This document shows positions 27,401-37,917 of a DNA stretch of 64,000 nt, piece after piece; position 1 is the first letter of the stretch, and the number at the start of each line of letters is the position of its first letter. Both the position numbers and the translations under genes were made by a program. Origin of the DNA: Gordius albopunctatus (taxonomy: Eukaryota); the NCBI GenBank assembly GCA_964276515.1, contig OZ193910.1, positions 6,076,001 through 6,140,000 on the forward strand. Direction: 5' to 3'. The notes under the pieces were generated by a model. It did not search any database and had not been told where the DNA came from. It worked only from the letters and a program-made list of their open reading frames with translations.

Positions 27401-30400
27401 AAATAAATTATGTTTAAAAGCAGCTAATTCGAGCAATATAAATACTTACGGGTTAAGGCTACCAGGGGAATATTTTCAAAAATCGTTCATAGACTCAACA
27501 AAACCAGGTTATGTAATTAGACTTAAAGAAATAATGCAAAATCTAAAATTTTGCCCTACCAGAAGACATGATAAGAAGGAATATATCCCTAACAATTTAA
27601 AAACATCAGATTATGTTTTTGTGCGCAATGACACGGTCAGAAAATCTTTACAACCCCCATATGATGGACCCTTTAAAGTACTAAAAAGGAGAAAGAAATT
27701 TTTCATAGTGGAAAAGGGTAATAAAGAGGAAACCATATCACTTGACAGGCTTAAACCAGCATGGATCGAAACAAAAGAATATTATAGTAACACTTTACCT
27801 GTTCAACAACGAATTTCTAGATATGGAAGAACTATAACTATTCCACAAAATTTTTCTTATAAATTATAATGTGTATATATATATATATATATATTTTTTT
27901 TAAGAGGGGGAGTATCTGTAGGGAAACAAATTACACTTACCTTGGAAAGATTTGGTTGTAATACGTACAAGGTGAAAATAGAAAGGATACAAACACAGAA
28001 TCCACTTTCATTTGAATGTTATCGTTATCTATCGCTATATAAACTCACTCTTTTATAAGTTTTGGATCATTGTTCTTTTTTTTTGTCCTCTCCGGGGATT
28101 GAACTCGAAACCTCCGAGTCAGGAAGCTGATGTAAATACATTGGAGGGTAACGTACAGACTTTTTAATTGTTTGCAAATTCACTTGATTATTAACTGCAT
28201 TCCTAGAGGATAACCTGAATGCTACTCCTGTCAGTACAGGTAAATGTTTTGCAGTTACTATATCAGTATACTTAGATGGTAAGAAGAATTTAGCATAAGC
28301 AATATCAGCCTTATTGTTCTTAATCCCATTATAAAATATAATTAACCTCATCCTTTCTATTTTTACAATGTCAAATAAAAAAATGCACGGGTGCTTGCTA
28401 CATATTTCTTCTAATATCACCTTAATGTGTGTCATAAATGCATAACTCCATAATTTCAATATCATATGAACCAAATCTTTCCAAGGTAAGTGTAATTTGT
28501 TTCCCTACAGATACTCCCCCTCTTAAAAAAAAAAATATATATATATACACATTATAATTTATAAGAAAAATTTTGTGGAATAGTTATAGTTCTTCCATAT
28601 CTAGAAATTCGTTGTTGAACAGGTAAAGTGTTACTATAATCTTCTTTTGTTTCGATCCATGCTGGTTTAAGCCTGTCAAGTGATATGGTTTCCTCTTTAT
28701 TACCCTTTTCCACTATGAAAAATTTCTTTCTCCTTTTTAGTACTTTAAAGGGTCCATCATATGGGGGTTGTAAAGATTTTCTGACCGTGTCATTGCGCAC
28801 AAAAACATAATCTGATGTTTTTAAATTGTTAGGGATATATTCCTTCTTATCATGTCTTCTGGTAGGGCAAAATTTTAGATTTTGCATTATTTCTTTAAGT
28901 CTAATTACATAACCTGGTTTTGATGAGTCTATGAACGATTTTTGAAAATATTCCCCTGGTAGCCTTAACCCGTAAGTATTTATATTGCTCGAATTAGCTG
29001 CTTTTAAGCATAATTTATTTAATGTTACTTTAATTTTTGTTGTCGGTGGAATTACGCTAATTTGGGCTTCCGTGTCAATCAGATAACGTAAACCTGATAT
29101 TTTGTCAAAAACATAGAAAAGGCGATTATGGTTGATATGGCCGAATCCAGCTATCGCCTTTACTGGTAGGCCTGCCTTTTTAACCCTTTTCCAAAATAAC
29201 ATGGTTGGACACACTTCCTGGCGTTTGATCCCCAGGTGTCATGATACCAGCACCATGGTATGTTGTTTGAAATCCCAGAAGAGTGAAAAGGGGTCTGGGG
29301 TTGACCTATCTTTTCTAATGTTCTATTTAGAGCAGATAAAACCTCTGTTAGTTCTTTAGGGTATGCATCAGTGGAGTGTTTTTTTTGATATCGCGTTAAA
29401 GCTTTAGGTCCTGGCGCTAAAATGATCAATAATCCTAAGGTTATTAATTTAAATTAGACTTAGGCTTGAATAATTTTATGATTATTAAAGTTTTTGTTGA
29501 GGTCTGATGAAATTTTATGTATCGAAATGGATTAAATGTTATTTTATTTATGTCGACCAAAGCCATTTGTATCCAAACCAAACTGCTATTTTGCATTGAG
29601 ATTTTAATAATATAACTTTTATTTTAAATCTCAAATAGGTTTCAACTTTTTTTAAACTTTTAACTGTTATGTCACGGATTTATATTTGTGTAATAATTTT
29701 TCTACCATTTAGGGTAACGAAAAAAATTGGGTTTTGTATAACATGGCATCTTTATATTGGCGAACGATTGGAAACGTGACGCAAGCTTTGGAATGTCTGC
29801 ACCGTTCATTTTATTATTGCCCACAAAAATATACCATTGTCCCTTTGTTGAATTTAGCATCGCTGTTTGCAACCAGCCTAAAAGCTTACAAGCAGAGCCT
29901 GATCCTTCTTAGGGAAGCTTACGCTCTCGACAATCTCGATGTAATAATTTAGGCAGCCATTTTTATAGCGGTGTATACAATATGTATTATTGATGACTCA
30001 AAATTCTCTTGGCCATATTTAACTTAATTTTAGCTAGGTCTTTTAAAAAAATTTAAAAGAGAGCATATTGATTATTAGATTTTTACTCAGTAGATGCTAC
30101 AATATTTGAATTTCGTAATATTTCCATCTCTTTTTCGTGTATAATATAATTTTTGAATAAATAAAATCAATAAGCTTGATATTAAATGTCCTTTTTAATT
30201 GATTACACAGGTCTACAAATGTTCACCTTGTGATTGTATTCCATGATCTGATTCTGAAAGAGAATTTACGCTAAAAATGTTATGCTTTTAGTTTTTTCCC
30301 GAGTCGTACAGATCCTTGTTAACGTTATTTGAGGGTATATTCCCACCTAAATTTATATTTTATAATTTTTATATAGATCATGATTTCATTTTTTACTATT

Positions 30401-33400
30401 ACTCTTAGTTTTATCCGTGTTTATCTGAACCCCCTTTCGGCATTAAAATTCCCCTCACTCTACAGAGTGCATTATTAAACATAGGGCTCATGTTTACTAA
30501 CATATCAATCTCTCTCTTCACTCACTGTCTCTTCAGCTCTTCCACCCCCGCGAATCGAGGGAAGAATGTGTTAAAGACATCTCATAATCGCTATGTACTC
30601 TAATGTACTCTGTTTTCCCATGCAAAGTGGGAGGAATTTTAATGGGATGATTTGTTATTGTTAAGTAGCATATGCGCACGTGTGGTTTGAACTAAGTTTA
30701 TAGGCTATATTAATTAATAGGCTCAGGGCTATCAATAAGTGACCTAAATTAAGTATGAAAGACGCAGGCATATAAATAAAGTCTGCAACGACTTAACAAT
30801 AACAAATCATAACAACGATAGCGCCACGCTATACCTCTAGCACCTTATTTGACTATCACTTACAGCTCTAGCGCTCTCGTGTGACTATGTTCTATAACTT
30901 TAGCGCCTCCACGTGACTATGTGCTATAACTCTAGCGCCTCCACGTGACTGTGCTATAGCTTTAGCCCCTATCAAACGCTATTCCACCATAACTAGTTCA
31001 GATAAACGCGGATAAGACTAAGAGTAATGGTAAAAAAAATAAAATTGCGATCCTATGGACCAATTATATAAATATTATTAAATATAGATTTAAATGGCGG
31101 GTAAATAAAGCCTTTAACGTTAAAAAGGACATTTTTTGCACTTTTAGCCTCGTTAATCGTAAAATTTAGAGGACTAAGGAAAAAATCTAAAACATATCAT
31201 TGTTAAGGGTGAAATTCTCTATCGGAAATATTTGTCTAATTACGGGATTTTTTTTATTGTAGACCTGGTTATTTGAATCGTACAATTGCAAATGTCCTGA
31301 CTCAAATATTATTTATATCAACTTTTACATTTTAAAATACCCTCTTCTCAAAATGCTTAAACATGATTTATAGTTTATAATAATATAGAACAACCAAGTT
31401 TATTCGCTAATTTAAGATTTGTTATCATCACAGCCGACGATAACTATGCTCATGGGTCACCTCCTCTACCTGACGGGCAATTTGACAGGGGCAGAACACT
31501 TTTACAAGGAAACACTTTTGTTAGATGCACCCCCAGATGCTCCCCACTCCATAAATAAAGAAGCTTTGGTGGGCTATGAATTGGTTGGGTGTCGTCTAGC
31601 TTTCCCCGATAAATACACCGACCTTATGAGGATCAAGGAAAACGAATTTAAGGTGCTTTTTACCCCCTTTTAGAGTTTCTTATTTTTTCTCTTTGTCAAC
31701 TTGCATTTTTTTACCACTTGCCAAATAAAATTTATAGCGACCATATTTATACTATTTGTGGATATTTATAAAAACTTGTTACATTTAAATCTTATATTTA
31801 TTTTGTCCATTTAAGATGCATTACAAAGGAATTGATAGAATGGATCCGTATGGGGCTGAGTACGACGACTTAAACGATAAGTCATATCTTATAACCTTCG
31901 AGACCTTTAATTTGACGGGTGACACTAACGAAGAAAGCTTGTTAGACGATATCAAGGATATTTCGGGGCGACAAGAAAGTACAACACTTTCATCGTGCAA
32001 TATTTATTACAGATTGTTATTTTAACATTAAACCAGAACCAATATATTTTTTTAATTTTACGTAACTCACCTTTAATTTATCAAGCGCATAAATCGATTG
32101 GCATGCACTCAACTCTTCCTCCTACGACCAGCGACATCATCAATTTGGATAACTTGAAAAGGATCAACCAAGTATTAATTAATTTCTCGTTTAAAAGTTT
32201 TTATGAATGTCAATAATAGCTTTAAACATTTTTACAGACCATGGTTTTATATCTAAAATGTTTGATGTTAGAATTTGGATTCCAGCCATATGAAAAGCAG
32301 TCATTCCTTAGAGCTTATAGGTAATAATTATTTTAGAATTTGATCGATAGGTTTATTTTTGATTTTATCTAAGATCCCAGAAACTTGGAAGGTGTCCCAG
32401 ATTTTAAAACACCCAGCATCGATGAATATGACGAAGATTGCTTGGAGGCTGTCGCTATCGATTTCACAAATGTCCCTAGCACCTGGATATCGCTACCATC
32501 CAAATACTTTACCAACGGGTAAGAGAGTTTGTTATGCTTTTACAAAACAAATTAAATAAGTTTTATGTGGTTTAATAATTTACAACTCTTTGCTTGTTTT
32601 GATTTAAAAAATGGGCACTTAGATAACAGCGATTAAAAATAGCCACAATACCTTGAATTTGGCCTAGTGAAAGAATTTTATATTAATCGTTTATTTTATC
32701 AAAGTCTTTATTTTTTGTGTTTACATTTTTATGCCTTATAAATATTGTTATTCCAGGATTTTAATGCAAAGTGATGTCGACGCCTTGACTACTAGCTTAA
32801 GCGGATCCAATACTGAGCCCTTCTGCAAATTATCCCAAAGTTCCCTGATCACGAGGGAAATGGACGAAGAGATATTTAAGCCATTGGTCAACGTTTATAC
32901 ACAAATTGCTTTTCAAAATGAGAAAATTAATGGTCTCGAACCATCGAATTTTGCCGAAACCGGGTTGTTAACCGTCCTTAAAAAACATCTCAAATCCACG
33001 CAAAAGTTTCAAGAGGCGAATTTGGATATTTTGGGTCATAGTCTCGATGCTTTAATAATCAAATCAAACCCAGATTTATATTGGATTTCTACCACCCTTG
33101 CAGCACTATATTGGAGGATTAAGGGGAATGTAACCGAAGCTATTCGTTGTTTGGACGAATCGCTAAGACACACCCCTCCACCTAATATGGTTACGCTCAA
33201 TCACTTATTGTTTTGCTATATTTAAAATTTTTTTTATTTTTCATATAAATATGAATTTTATAATCTTATAAATGTAAATATATACGTTTAAGGATTCCGG
33301 GCTCGTTAGTTTGGGTACGGTTTTACAAAAGATAGGTTTTCCACGTTTGGCCGTTCGAGCTATTAGAAAAGCTTTAGACATATCGCCCAAAGCAGTTATC

Positions 33401-33722
33401 ATCCATTTTACCATGGCTAACATTCTTGCGGCCCAAGTACTTTCATAAACTTGTCAAACAAGACAACTAACATTTTTTACCATACTTAATTTTAATTTTT
33501 ATCAACTAACTTATGTTCATTTTGTAGAATATATATTTTATGAAAACCTTCCCCTTGTTTATGCATTAGGGAGATTTTGATAACGCCATGCTGTTTTACG
33601 GTTCTACATTGGCTTTGCAAGATTTTATGCCAGCGAAAGTTAAATTACAAAGTATTCTTTGTTTGCACAAAACACGCAGCTCTAGTTCACTTTTAAGGAA
33701 CGATGTGAAGGAAGAATTATAA
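18401..33722 (+). CDS. TTC17: Tetratricopeptide repeat protein 17 homolog (multi-exon; signal peptide; C-terminal KEEL)
   Basis: THWIVTENGIQAQVDS..LKKPYDLV N-terminus and three W.LY.MA..YWR..G....A..C TPR blocks. Predicted exons: 18401-18496, 18658-18923, 19021-19129, 19411-19527, 19847-19956, 20373-20523, 22705-22844, 23192-23400, 25039-25166, 25694-26118, 26415-26652, 26785-26865, 29713-29940, 31434-31652, 31816-31978, 32086-32171, 32272-32320, 32374-32518, 32757-33189, 33293-33436, 33570-33722. Confidence 0.92.
21380..22578 (+). mobile_element. Deleted hAT transposon relic in a TTC17 intron
   Basis: BED-like KSEVWK...C..C near 21840-21920; dimerisation motif FPAL..LASKIFSTP...SSERCFSSAGRIYEERRTNL at ~22240-22360; GGGCCGGGC subterminal repeats. 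Left boundary is approximate. Confidence 0.75.
21494..21682. repeat. Near-perfect inverted repeat (~76-bp arms)
   Basis: TAATATCGAATTTATTT...TTTAGATATTTCG is mirrored by CGAAATATCTAAA...AAATAAATTCGATATTA with about three mismatches. Confidence 0.92.
23802..24728. mobile_element. hAT-type non-autonomous element in a TTC17 intron
   Basis: TAGAGATGCCATA / TATGCCATATCTA termini; 7/8 TSD CTTTAAAC / CTCTAAAC. Confidence 0.65.
25227..25372. mobile_element. CATGGGCGTAG-family MITE
   Basis: Homologous to 5665-5830; 7/8 TSD GCTACTAG / GCTACTAC. Confidence 0.8.
27034..28060 (+). mobile_element. Internally deleted Ty3/Gypsy retrotransposon (left arm of the palindrome): gag end, protease, integrase C-terminus, PPT, partial LTR
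   Basis: Gag CWYH..WG..ARKC..PC.F; protease YLIDTEAQISVIP; integrase GPY/F LQPPYDGPFKV; PPT AAGAGGGGGAG then LTR start TGTAGGG at 27917. RT, RNase H and the integrase core are absent. The 28060 limit of the LTR is approximate. Confidence 0.9.
28469..29387 (-). mobile_element. Inverted near-identical copy of the deleted Gypsy (right arm of the palindrome)
   Basis: Reverse complement of 27034-27957 with about four substitutions and a (TA)n length difference; the 220-aa ORFs differ at 2 residues. Confidence 0.95.
30206..31268. mobile_element. Non-autonomous DNA element with long imperfect TIRs, in a TTC17 intron
   Basis: CAGGTCTACAA...TTGTAGACCTG ends; inner inverted pair TTATCCGTGTTTATCTGAAC / GTTCAGATAAACGCGGATAA; internal ~32-bp tandem repeat at ~30860-30970. 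Confidence 0.7.
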
Positions 33723-33902
33723 AGCCGTTGTCATGTCATTAATCGAATCTCAATATATTGCAAAAATTATTTTAAAATGAATAATAAAATTGGAATTTCT
33801 AATATAGAATACGTTTATGTTATGTTTTGGAAATCGAAAATTTCTATAAAAATTGTTGGTCTTCTGGGCCAAATAAGGCTTCATAATTAGGGGTAATTTT
33901 AA

Positions 33903-36420
33903 TTGCTATGCAATTTATAGGCTCGCTTTTTGGTGTCCGTTGTCCATCCTTTCAACTTTCTGACTTGCTGGTTCGATACCCTGAGAGGACAAATTTTTTA
34001 ATTAAATTAATATTTTTTTCTTGTTGATACCATTGATAATATGGCTTTTTGACCGTGTTCTGGCTATTGATCATTGGCCAAATTGTGAATCGAAATTTTT
34101 TTTTCGTTTTTTAATTGGTATATTAGGTTAACATTGATTATTAACCTATGCCCTCCCCTACAAAGGCCTATATGCCTCTACTGATATGGGTCCCTGTGCC
34201 CCTACAAAGGCATATGCCTCTACTAATGTGGGTTCGAATCCAGGAGAGGGTAATTTTTTTTTAATTGCTGGTTCGATACCCGGAGAGGGCAAAATTTTTA
34301 TTTTTTTTTAAATAAAATTAATATATTGTTCTTGTTAATATCATTGATAATATGACTTTTTGACCGTGTCCTGGCTAGTGATGCGGAAAAATCGAGATCG
34401 AGACGAGAATTTTTACCTCAAGACGAGACGAGATTTTATAGTCGAGATCTCGGCTTTTTATTTTAACTATTGAGACTTAATTTAGCTAATTAAAATTTTT
34501 TATTTATTACATTTAGGATATTAAATGCAAATTAATATGAATTTGAAACTTTTGATACTAAATTACTTACGCACCTAATTATCCGCTTCATGTGATTTTC
34601 AAATTTGTAATATAATTTTATTCAATAGATAACATGTGGCCCTTAGAGTATATGAACAATTAATTATGTATTGATTACTTATTTGTATATCATTATTATA
34701 TAATATAAAAATTCCAGACCTATAATGAATTATGCGCAACAAGTTTATCACCCAACTCAAAAAAGAGCAAGCCGCTGAAAAATTTCACAAAATTCAAGGA
34801 TGAATCAAATAAAATGTAGAAGTGTAAATTGTGCCTTAAAGTAGTAAGACTGATAGCAATACTTCAGGTCTTCAAAGATATCTTAAACGTTACCATAATG
34901 AGGATTACTAAAAATTTTACCCTACTCAAGTTAATAAGGAATTAAACTACACAAAAACTTTTTTCCGCGAACTTAGATGCTTTAGAAAATTTAAGCATTT
35001 AACAGTTATTATATATCAAACATATTCTTTAAAAATGACTAAATAATTGTATATATTATATATTAGTTGATTAAAAATATAATTATCCCAATTTAGCAGT
35101 AATGGCTGGAGATTTTTGAGCACTCCGGCGACCTCGGTGCCTGCCGAAAGATTTTTTTCGAAGGTGTCTCTTACTATTTGAAAACATCGTAAAAGATTAA
35201 CTCATGAATCAGTCAGGAGTTTACTATGACTAAACTCATGGCACACCTCAAAAATTCTCAACCTAACACATTCATCACATTTTACGTCAAAATGTAGGAT
35301 TGGGTGCATTAAAATTCACTGAATTTTTTCCAAAATGCTGCAATTTATCAATAAATAAAAATATATGAACATAAGCTTTATTAGTACGTAATTATTTAAT
35401 GCGAAAATTAGTAATAAATGGATTAAGCTAATACTTTGTTATAATGGGATGTCACACTATAATAGAATTGTTTAAATTTATATTTAACAACTTTGATTAA
35501 ATTATATATGTGCATTTAACGTAAGGTCCTAAAACTTTTATGTTCTTACAACAATAATGCCTATTTTATTATATTTGCAATGTTCAGATAATTACTTGTT
35601 TTAAATAATGATAATATTTTTAAAAGTTTACCCTCTCATTTTCGTCATTATTTTAACGTCATTATATAAGATGTCAATAAATTTATTATGTTAAAATATG
35701 ATGATATTATTAAACTTTATCCTTTTATTGAGCCTGAGCCAGGAAATAAAGTTATTAATTAGCAACTTTATACCTTCGAGTCAAGTAGTATATTACACCT
35801 ATATTAATGCTTCCTACCTTAAGTTACTCATCTAGCTTGTGTTTTGGGGTTTGAGAAAAAAAGTGGTTCCATTATGACCAATTTATATTTTACATACTAA
35901 TTTATAAGAGCTAGAAAAAAATATATTTGTTATAATTATTTTTAAAAGTCGAGACGAGAATTCTCGGTGAGATGAGATCGAGATTTTAATAATCGCATCC
36001 GAGACGAGACGAGGTTTTGCTTTCGAGACCGAGATCGAAACACTAGTCCTGGTTACTGACCAATGAAAAAAATGACCTTTGGCCAAATTGTGATTCGAAA
36101 TTTTTTTTCGTTTTTGAATTAGTATAATAGGTTAACATTGATAATTACCCTATGCCCTCCCCTAGAAGGGCCTATGCCTCTACTGATATGGGTTCCTGCC
36201 CCCCCCCCACAAAAGGCTATGGCTCTACTGGTGTGGGTTCGAATCCCGGCGAGGGCAAATTCTTAATTGCTGGTTCGAAACCCGGAGAGGGCAATAAATC
36301 TTTTAATTAAATGAAAAATTTGTATAAATAATTAACTAATAATTTTGCATTTTATACCGCCCTACCCCTATAGGCATTCCAGCCCCTTCCCACCTTTCTC
36401 GCCCATAAATTGCATAGCAA
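33903..36420. mobile_element. TIR element made of ~300-bp units carrying Pol III B-box motifs, interrupted by a hAT
   Basis: TIR TTGCTATGCAATTTATAGGC / GCCCATAAATTGCATAGCAA; GGTTCGA(A/T)(T/A)CC motifs near 33970, 34232, 34270, 36236 and 36272. Confidence 0.65.
34376..36045 (+). mobile_element. Deleted hAT transposon
   Basis: TAGTG...CACTA ends, 7/8 TSD GTCCTGGC / GTCCTGGT, CGAGA subterminal repeats; relic KCKLC and YPNLA...LSTPATSVPAERFFS...RKRL motifs. Confidence 0.88.
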
Positions 36421-37619
36421 ATATGCTACTTTTATACGGAGTATAGATGAGTCTCGTTCCCCCTTCCCCCCTTCCCACGAGGGGCCTAAGGCCCGAGTTT
36501 ATAAATATTTATTAATATTAATTCAACTCTTCTTGAAAGATAATTGCAGATCAATAGTTAAAAGGCTAAGATATAAATTAAAATATTAGTTAAAGGTTGT
36601 TACAAAGGCTTAAAGCATAAAATAATAAGTGTTTCCCTCTCTATTTAAAAACAAAACATTATAATTAGCAAACTCAAGCAATCTTAAAAATTGACTTTTT
36701 AGATAGACCTAAAAAATAATGAATTTTAAAACAGCTTAGTAAGGACATAATTGATTTATCATCCAGAAAGGACGGATATTATGAAAAATAATGATATGTA
36801 ACTTAGTCCTTTGAACCTCGTCAGGGGCTACGACCCTTGACCGCATACTCTGGCCCAAAGCCCTCGCTTGGAGATTCTTATATGGATCTTGGATGCGTTT
36901 CTTAAGCCTCAAACGTAGGCTTTTCTACACTACGTAGAGTAATAGTATTTATTTGCCAGTAAATTCTTTAGAAGTGTTATTCTCCATTAACTATCACAAA
37001 CGACATGATATTTATTTTTCTAAATACTACAAGCTCTAAACTAATTTTTTACATAAAATATAGCTTTCAAGAACTATACCGCATTAATACTTTTCGTTTA
37101 CCAGCGCCAGCGCACAAACTTATTCAAGCATTTATCGGGGAACGTCGGGTTAAGTAACTGGCGAATAATAAATTTTACCCTGATTATCAATCCTTTATGC
37201 TTAAAATTTAATTTAACAAATATTAGGGTTGGATATAGAGTAGCAAATATAATTATTTACTAATAATCTTTATATCAAATTAAAAATAACAAATTAACAT
37301 TACCACGTGTAAATTCTTTTTTTGCTTATTTTAGTGTTCAATAGCTTATGTAGCTTACAAAAATAGTGTAAAATTAAATATTGACCTCAGACTTTTATAA
37401 TGTTTGGCTACGATTTTATGTTTATAAAACATTCTACAGGGGTTAAAATTCTTTAACTCTAAATAAAAAAAATAATGCATTTTATTAAATACATGATTAC
37501 AATTAAGAGTGTTATTACTACATATTTTGATTATAACATGAGTTGAAGAGTCTGGTCTTTGGAATTTATACCGTCTTCAAGCCTAAATTGATATCGTTAT
37601 TTAAAATCAAGCAACCATA

Positions 37620-37917
37620 TTATGCATTAATTTTCAATGTTTTATTTACTATTTGCTTGGTAGATACCCTGGCAACAGCCTCTTTAATAATGCGATCCAC
37701 TATAAGTTCGCATTCTTTTCTTTCCACCTCCGATAATTTTCTGGACTCTTTGGGTTGATCCGTTATTACAGTGTCCGTTTTTATCGAGATTGCTTCAGGA
37801 TGAGTTGCCATTTTTGTGGACTATGAATTATTAAAAAGTACGTTTAAGTTTGCACATAAATTATAATTGTATTACCTCGTCTTCGTGCAATTTCTTGCAA
37901 CAATTGCAATTTCCCAT
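37620..37917 (-). CDS. Candidate small acylated A-kinase anchoring protein (AKAP18alpha/smAKAP-like), ~80 aa, two coding exons
   Basis: Exon 37917-37876 (MGNCNCCKKLHEDE), 55-bp GT-AG intron 37875-37821, exon 37820-37620 in frame (STKMATHPEA...ERKECELIVDRIIKEAVARV...). In-frame stop upstream of the ATG. The 3' end could be spliced differently. Confidence 0.7.

Noticed and set aside
27207..27869. 220-aa ORF as a functional gene
   Set aside because: Deletion chimera of protease and integrase tail, GTG start, and the protease DTG motif is changed to DTE.
32359..32559. ORF-track frame (IPETWKVSQ...) as the TTC17 exon frame
   Set aside because: Splice phases and the conserved C....IDF....STW....SK motif fit the alternative frame.
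34225..34250. GGTTCGAATCC as a tRNA gene
   Set aside because: No acceptor stem, D-arm/A-box or anticodon arm could be built; the motif is part of a repeat unit.
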